Shown: positions 48,601-52,878 of the stretch, piece after piece
How positions within the stretch are numbered: the first letter of the stretch is position 1
Layout: the number at the start of each line of letters is the position of its first letter
IMG/VR virus record: IMGVR_UViG_3300028550_003611
Location: 1 to 52,878 of that record
DNA: 52,878 nt
Reading direction: 5' to 3' (one strand)
Origin: a virus
Lineage: Duplodnaviria; Caudoviricetes
Notes under the pieces: generated by a model
The model's input: only the letters and a program-made list of their open reading frames with translations
Told to the model about the DNA's origin: nothing
Databases searched by the model: none
Translations under genes and position numbers: made by a program

Positions 48601-48986
48601 CAACAGTTGCTTATTTATACACTATTCGAGGAAAGGTTAAAAGAGGGTATTTTAAAGCAACTAAAGATATTGTATCTAATGGAACATCCCCAAGAACTCC
48701 AGGATCTGGATGGGGAAGATGCACAGATATTAGAGTGCGGACAAAAACTTCAAATGGTATTTCAGACGGTACTGAGGACTATTTAAAAATTATGTGGGAG
48801 TACATGACTAGATTCTGTACAAACTGCAGTATTGCAGATTCAAATGAAATTGGGTATCCAATTACTATTCCTGAAGAGGAAGAAGAAGGAGCTGATGACA
48901 CTTCACAATCTGGACTCCCAATTAAAACTATAACTAATAATCCTACTGGCATTTTAGGTGCTGATGGAGAAGAAATAACATTCTAA
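42690..48986 (+). CDS. Giant (~2100 aa) tail fibre / adhesin-like protein with GCT(D/N) Cys repeats
   Basis: Four GCT(D/N) repeats at ~45684, 47055, 47706 and 47919; Pro/Cys/Asp-rich linker. Start may be 42678 or 42690. Confidence 0.65.
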   Translation: MGQSLDTTRTRVAYVIQELVSESTVAGIQETLSDNTHTVVAVYAPSQSFPASLGTRYDPLLSAHVSNVTTKNTTDNTTQYNGNVEDMQISTEYRDVASGNTIENRKISIFIPLSFFNANNSSSPLLQGVQVALKFATRTYNVHLIIKPLLNASGSTIEGRIKLDQTILFKNYNTLNVPVICLKGDETAIAAYNSVKQGEFSASTSSVKLLQKTVNTQGEEEHLVTKNIPYAFPHWFSTFDSSDIIASVGGQNYLSAGTFGGTNLYVSPISWIFPWENPSYHPNSGIFGTTNINNSSIEAGAENLIQLDEFFKMHETGSENCWGEKYGTFSSYTPNSTNADLLHYPAIWGPSLIGLIGFDNYNTLPSNPISVFNLFTDGDSQFVIPILQTLYVDEINSILIDRPNNMFGEILNNLETSQIIQFASKITNSGFIGAYTNGNESALKGNVPLLNRAHSFFMPRAGYNSYQSGGYITTCRFFIGTDISVANLKSLSKSSKFLEFAINSANFPELHPGNYIQQEPVASNDNFGRSMECSRLATKLFYNIQTPLELESSNSSNISNIYGAYNTRYTGETANTALNTDVLDAFQAKAFSNLSTTFNDALGSNMPAGYGALPTKSISFQDVVVLHNVVGFGNDSTVTPNSTYANNSSYTFPTNSFNLFPIHSTNEGTFVDDDPSSTFRGEIFSERNSHLVNISPFGTQLFTGNSIFLPFYYGANDDYADLITQTGRTNVFTNNGYFDQGGYKRALLANPNLEGEDPWSGTSNGAFSGTVSGSTFKIKHVSVTVSDVENGFYNTLNAAGLKVNFTLDYTNTSSSGSTQLLNCKNDAGGYTASNLTEVLQIFDSIKYKPGRLSDGSADWAYEIDILDSSDVESATITELTSANSSYTSLHYRLNIVFLNDILDLNESGGSAPHTNIIPDLELKLPPQNANQGDEWGTRRYEGFYGSQGYNNVPTDINQFSRFVTSEITFKPTSNATGLFVFPLLTYGSIKTTIPAIIEGCTNSAALNYNPAATYDNGTCQFCDSYINDSLPSTIAQGGQVYTSTGIDEFNIKLLYPQPYNAGWGTDINEDWFQALKNTGTIYSSRPALVGNAASAYGSQDGFDIDSWKLKLKFLSFTDSQIAALIAANAFTIKIYPASEEALAAIPFGDLSNSSQSIISTDALLSSGQLYTSSTSHIDTTNLTTEPSSEITCNVPHTTSGLVSGAAYIIEAKIDYTTACNYSGFNTTVFVYGFTWVTYCACSDFDNLYHLTPHEWSNSNLFPGIWENSGNATPTQVTSNIGCSTSNPTLVGSGDTGFICYTNDSQTDSCDDYWEWCMTNASTNCVPTTNINELINIDGNLFYPSESVISLHVSGVWNPAFNAYYYPDDIQYVVNLLDSTGSVLQSLTQDDAILATNVTGAFLTFTTDYVGAFSLQIIGQNEINPATEEYYENIGLSCTLESATYNIVNDACEVIIGCTDPEASVETYDPNATFTNNDLCEYEPECEAIVIPDINLTISQVPATVTCVSVTEIINGVETTWEYPQVQSDGSITVTAVPVNADLFGSEVISIGIVSANLLENAGYSTSELLSFLIAGFDTDGGIVDETLGLFWSPGTLLPAAASGITIENLPPGVYYIVATGNIEQQLEFLETSECLFQSPVIIDSLQQITVQSGVMPDCEEPCIILPCEDWVLGCTDVNAENYNPLATLEDGTCEYDLDECQQNPDDEACIDCFTGEDLGQPLLRGASEQKNLDDICDPPNTGEGCTDPLSCNYQPDLPLSLSNNQLCDYCSCNEDPFDQDCFPDSGDCDPSSDPECQPIDECPDPSNPLCTPDPPTSACVNPGDCPPPPPPCVFLGNCIEDPTVDDEEDDVIIDVVDPVTVTCQLDLGTDDTGPDSFAEVQMNAFACMSDQGKRLLWKLRSGIEYDKTDLLKMSLISYLFMGGTEKTDLPCLWNCNDFGETEKRRERDCVAIWKSGGGRFWIRTEFYIKGTTVAYLYTIRGKVKRGYFKATKDIVSNGTSPRTPGSGWGRCTDIRVRTKTSNGISDGTEDYLKIMWEYMTRFCTNCSIADSNEIGYPITIPEEEEEGADDTSQSGLPIKTITNNPTGILGADGEEITF

Positions 48987-50569
48987 TGGCAAAAACAGTT
49001 TCCAATTTAAGAACTAGTACTGCTTCTGGCAATACTTCAAATAAGTATCTGTTTGTTACAGATATAACTAGCAAAGACTCTACTAAGATTGCTTTAGATA
49101 ATGTATTTCCATCATTACAAAGTGGTATAGCTTCAGGAACAGTAACTGCAGGAACAGCAGCTGGTACTCCTTTAGACCTTTTTGTGGGTGGGGGTTCAGG
49201 GTCTGCTCAATCTAATACAAGTAAATCTGTGCTTATTTTTAAAGGTTTAGGTGTGCAAGATTCTGAAAGTAACACAGCTATTACTATTCGTAATGAAACA
49301 TTAAATGCAGATGCAAATAAGCAAAACTTAATAGTTAAGCTTGATCAAACAAAAATTAAATTAGATAAAGCACTTAATACTACTGCTAAGTTTTTAAGTG
49401 AAGCTGGGGCTACAAATCCTATTACTTTATCAAATGCGGCTCACGTAGGAGAAACAGTCTTAAGAGTGCGTAATGGAAGTACAGGATTAGGAACAGTACC
49501 TGTAGGATCTTTACTTGTAGGTAATACTACTAGTGCTATGACTACTGTAGCAATGGCTACAAAAGGTCATCTTCTTGTAGGGGCAGCAAGTGCGGCTCCA
49601 ACATCATTAGCCGCAGGAACTAACGGATACTTTTTAAAAGCAGATTCTTCAGCAACATCAGGATTAGCTTGGGGACAAGTAACTATTAATAGCGCTACTC
49701 TTGGCAGCACTCTTGATTTAGCTAACAATAACATTGATATAGGTACTGGAATTATCTCAGGAGATGGATCTGGAACTAAAGGTCTTAGACTTAGCAACAC
49801 TTCACATGAAGTATTTGTAGGTACTATGGCTAACGCTAGATTTGACTCAGCTTTAAATGTAGATGCTGGAATTACTTTAGGATCTGTAAATGGGACAACT
49901 GCTCAGTCTATAGTTATGGCAAACCATACTACTGGTCATTCTACGCCTCTTTTAAGTATTTTAGGAGCTACTACAACTTCTTCAGGGCAAACTGGGGGAG
50001 CAGTAAATATTAAGGCAGGAAATGGTGATGGTAGTGGTAATGGGGGAGACTTAAAATTATACGGAGGATTAGATGGTGGTTCAGGTACAGATGGAACAAT
50101 TGGTCTTTATACTGCAGGAGCTTTAATGTTGTCAGTAGGCGCAACAGGTAATACAACTTTAACTGGGGGTCTTATACAAAGAGGAAACGCAGGTATAATT
50201 CGTCATCAAAATACTCCTGCTGTAACTGCAGATGATACTGCTGCTGTAACTGCTGCTAATATACTTACAGGAATTGTAACGTGTACCCCAACTACAGATA
50301 GATCAAAAGCAACAGATACTGCTACTAATCTTATTAGTGGGTTAGGTCTTACTACAGATGATGATTCTTTTGATTTTGCAGTTATTATTTTATCAGCAAA
50401 TTCAAGTGCATTAGATGTAACTTTAACTGCAGGAACTGGTGTAACCTTAGTTGGAAACATGCACATATCAGCACCAGACGTTGCTGATGCCTCTATTGCA
50501 AGTGGTTCCGCACAATTCAGAATTAGAAGAGTTAGTTCATCAGCTGTTAGTTTATACAGAATGTCGTAA
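48986..50569 (+). CDS. Tail fibre / spike-like protein
   Basis: Gly/Ala/Thr-rich; GSLLVG, KGHLLVG, GTNGYFLKADS and GGAVNIKAGNG repeats. Confidence 0.7.
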   Translation: MAKTVSNLRTSTASGNTSNKYLFVTDITSKDSTKIALDNVFPSLQSGIASGTVTAGTAAGTPLDLFVGGGSGSAQSNTSKSVLIFKGLGVQDSESNTAITIRNETLNADANKQNLIVKLDQTKIKLDKALNTTAKFLSEAGATNPITLSNAAHVGETVLRVRNGSTGLGTVPVGSLLVGNTTSAMTTVAMATKGHLLVGAASAAPTSLAAGTNGYFLKADSSATSGLAWGQVTINSATLGSTLDLANNNIDIGTGIISGDGSGTKGLRLSNTSHEVFVGTMANARFDSALNVDAGITLGSVNGTTAQSIVMANHTTGHSTPLLSILGATTTSSGQTGGAVNIKAGNGDGSGNGGDLKLYGGLDGGSGTDGTIGLYTAGALMLSVGATGNTTLTGGLIQRGNAGIIRHQNTPAVTADDTAAVTAANILTGIVTCTPTTDRSKATDTATNLISGLGLTTDDDSFDFAVIILSANSSALDVTLTAGTGVTLVGNMHISAPDVADASIASGSAQFRIRRVSSSAVSLYRMS

Positions 50570-50621
50570 CTTTAAAATTAATATATATAAATACAAACCT
50601 TAATACATAAAATTTTTTAAA

Positions 50622-51029
50622 ATGTCTACAAAAGTTAATCTTACAAACCGCGAGTATCTCCAACTTTATAAAGGATTGGATTCTGTAAAAGAAATTAAAG
50701 GTGCTCGTTTTGCTGTTTTAGTTGGTCGTAATATAAAAGAGTTAAAAACTGTTTTAGAACCTATTGAATTAGCTGCAGCCCCAACTGTTGAGTTTCAACA
50801 ATTGTCTGTACAAATGCAAGAATTAATTACTAACGAAGATCAAAAAGCTATAGAAACTCTTGAAGAAGAGAGTAAAGAGTTAATTGATGATCGTAAAAAA
50901 CAACTTGAGGGAATAGAAGAAATTCTTAATGAAACAAACGAAGTGCATGTACATATGCTTCGTGAAGATCAGTTACCTGAAGGTATTACAGGAGAACAGG
51001 TTTCTAACATACTTCAAATTCTAACTTAA
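50622..51029 (+). CDS. Helical protein, possible fibre assembly chaperone
   Basis: Follows a fibre gene; acidic and helical. Confidence 0.5.
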   Translation: MSTKVNLTNREYLQLYKGLDSVKEIKGARFAVLVGRNIKELKTVLEPIELAAAPTVEFQQLSVQMQELITNEDQKAIETLEEESKELIDDRKKQLEGIEEILNETNEVHVHMLREDQLPEGITGEQVSNILQILT

Positions 51030-51454
51030 TGGGTACAATAAATACACGGCTATCAATCCGTTCTAGCAATATTTTTAGGGGCAGTGTCTCGCAACGTCAT
51101 GATAGGACGTTTAGTGTAGAAACTCGAGTAGATCAAGGAACTCGAGTAATTAAACAAAATTCTTCTGGGTCTCCTCACGAATTAGCTTCTGGTGCAGAAT
51201 ATTACGATAGTGCGGAATCAGGGGCTACAGCTAACCAAGTTTACATTTTTATACGAAATGTATCTACAGCTGCTGCAAAAACTATTACTATTCAGTTTAA
51301 CAAAAACGGAACTCGAGATGATGTTATTTTATTAAACAATGGAGAGTACACAATGTTTCCTTGGAAATGTGATGCTGCTACTGATAAATTAGAAATTTTT
51401 TCTAACGACTCTGCGGGAGTAAAAGTAGAATATCTTATTTCTCCTATGCTGTAA
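51029..51454 (+). CDS. Hypothetical beta-rich structural protein
   Basis: YIFIRN, LNNGEYTMFPW and VEY patterns. Confidence 0.55.
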   Translation: MGTINTRLSIRSSNIFRGSVSQRHDRTFSVETRVDQGTRVIKQNSSGSPHELASGAEYYDSAESGATANQVYIFIRNVSTAAAKTITIQFNKNGTRDDVILLNNGEYTMFPWKCDAATDKLEIFSNDSAGVKVEYLISPML

Positions 51455-51456
51455 AT

Positions 51457-51894
51457 ATGGCTGATAAGAAAAAAATAAAAAATACAAAACTAGGGTCTTG
51501 GCTTGCTAATAAAGCGCCGGGCATCTTGAATATTGTAGGTGATCTTCTCCCAGAAAAAGGAGCTTTAGGTGTAGTTAAAAACCTTTTAGACAATGAACCC
51601 GACATAGATCCTGCAGAAGCACAACGTGTTATAGATGCTGAAGTTCGTTTTCAAGAAAACGTAACAGAACGATGGAAGGCTGACATGGGCAGCGACGTTA
51701 AGCTAGCAAAGCTAATACGACCACTAACTCTTATTGCCTTAATGGTAATGTTTATGCTGACAATGACAGCCGATTCTATAGATTCGTGGCCTTTTAACGT
51801 AAAAGACTCTTATGTGTCTTTATTAGAGATACTTATGTTAACAGCTTTTGGTGCATATTTTGCAGGTAGAACTATTGAAAAAGCAAAAAAATGA
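51457..51894 (+). CDS. Holin (GTA 3TM-holin-like)
   Basis: ERWKADMGSD..LAKLIRP, two clear hydrophobic helices, FGAYFAGRTIEK. Confidence 0.75.
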   Translation: MADKKKIKNTKLGSWLANKAPGILNIVGDLLPEKGALGVVKNLLDNEPDIDPAEAQRVIDAEVRFQENVTERWKADMGSDVKLAKLIRPLTLIALMVMFMLTMTADSIDSWPFNVKDSYVSLLEILMLTAFGAYFAGRTIEKAKK

Positions 51895-52878
51895 TACGTA
51901 AAACTTTATTAGCTTTATTGTTAATTTTTGGCTCTCTAACTTATGGGCTAAGTCAAGGAGTAATTAAAGACTTCTTTAAGTATAGCACTTTATACACTTC
52001 TTTTAGCCAGTCCAATTCTATGGTCCAGGAAGACACCTATGCCGTAATGGATGGGTTGCTTACCGTGGTGCCTATGGAGTACGAGCCTAACTACACCTTT
52101 TCCTTTGGTTTAAGAAAGTTAGCGAGATTTAAGTACGAAATTAAAGCAACGAATTTTTACGATGGATCAGAGGTGTCTATGTCAGAGGAGGCAAACATAG
52201 GTAACGTAAGCGGTTTTGAGTACGTATTTGAGCACTCGAAGGTAAGGCTTACGGGTCAGGAGTCAAGAGATCAGCGTTACTTCCTTAGACACCTATCTAA
52301 ATGGGTAGTAGCAGAGTTAGATTTTTTAGAAAACGGACGAGCAGATATAAAGTATTTAGAGACTGCTATTAAACTACGTGTTCAAGTAGGTAATAAATTT
52401 AACTTTACTGCAGGTATAGCAGGACGAAGGCACCCCGCCTACACTGTAGCTCCTATTGAGGATTGGATAGAAGAAAATGATGGGGCGTGGTGGCAACTAG
52501 CTTATGACTATGATTATGTAGACAACTGGGTATACGTAGACTCTAACAATGATGGGGAATACACTACAGGAGAATGGAGTGACTGGGAATGGTACGGACC
52601 AGAAGGCAACTTAGTTGCAGAAACTGACTCAGAATTTAGACGATATCAATATGGATCTATAGTAAACACTTACAATAGAGATATACGTAGTCAACTTCCT
52701 AATCAATATCAACTTTCTGCAGCAATAGGGGCAGACTTTTACCACTATTCAGAAGATTTTTGGGTACACTCGTGGGTAAATGTAATGCCATATCATAAAG
52801 AATTAGGAGATGAAGAGTACTCTTATGCAAGAGTAGCAGGAAATACATGGATAGATTATAACGCAGGAATTGTTTTTG
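51891..52878 (+). CDS. Signal-peptide-bearing outer-membrane beta-barrel-like protein; 3'-truncated (not in the ORF track)
   Basis: Manual translation MIRKTLLALLLIFGSLTYGLS|QGVIKDFFKYSTLY...; amphipathic aromatic strands (YTFSFGLRK, FNFTAGIAGR, LSAAIGADFYHY, IDYNAGIVF); open to the window end. Confidence 0.65.
   Translation, partial: MIRKTLLALLLIFGSLTYGLSQGVIKDFFKYSTLYTSFSQSNSMVQEDTYAVMDGLLTVVPMEYEPNYTFSFGLRKLARFKYEIKATNFYDGSEVSMSEEANIGNVSGFEYVFEHSKVRLTGQESRDQRYFLRHLSKWVVAELDFLENGRADIKYLETAIKLRVQVGNKFNFTAGIAGRRHPAYTVAPIEDWIEENDGAWWQLAYDYDYVDNWVYVDSNNDGEYTTGEWSDWEWYGPEGNLVAETDSEFRRYQYGSIVNTYNRDIRSQLPNQYQLSAAIGADFYHYSEDFWVHSWVNVMPYHKELGDEEYSYARVAGNTWIDYNAGIVF

Noticed and set aside
107-50466. 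Short antisense or nested ORFs in the track (e.g. 1721-1960, 24880-25275, 32065-32400, 37474-37857, 48403-48786)
   Set aside because: They are shadows of long, motif-supported genes and carry no motifs of their own
1-52878. Stop-codon reassignment (TAG/TGA), known in some crAss-like phages
   Set aside because: Core genes are full length in the standard code with near-complete coding density, and TAG and TGA both end genes
1-52878. tRNA, rRNA, integrase, transposase, reverse transcriptase/DGR
   Set aside because: No cloverleaf with T-loop consensus and no diagnostic motifs seen by eye; tRNAscan was not run

Overview
AT-rich bacteriophage DNA in the standard genetic code, with the gene set and order of a crAss-like (Crassvirales-related) podovirus. 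The host is most likely Bacteroidota/Flavobacteria, judged from TAnnTTTG promoters, Gln-at-+1 signal peptides and a T9SS-type C-terminal domain. Layout: (1) 1-6059 (+), the 5'-truncated end of a giant zincin-containing virion-cargo/RNAP-region protein. (2) 6100-~24900 (-), an early/replication arm: 5'-3' exonuclease, rIIB, rIIA, PD-(D/E)XK nuclease, primase, putative SSB, AAA ATPase, DnaB, SF2 helicase, DnaA-domain-IV protein, PolA and small early ORFs. (3) An abrupt composition change near 25,000 that may be the physical genome end. (4) 25053-29389 (-), a cassette of a mosaic metallopeptidase protein, a T9SS-CTD protein, a DUF5675 protein and a secreted dockerin-like protein. (5) A promoter-preceded, structured non-coding stretch at ~29445-29695. 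(6) 29765-end (+), a late module: GroES, HU/IHF, TerL, portal, scaffold-like protein, MCP, ring/auxiliary proteins, giant Cys-repeat fibre, holin and a truncated outer-membrane-like protein. Best leads: a strictly strand-polarised TCACTATCAT motif (7 copies, three read as HYHN in unrelated proteins), a set of phage-encoded host-surface proteins, and a candidate structured ncRNA. All calls come from motifs recognised by eye; no searches were run.
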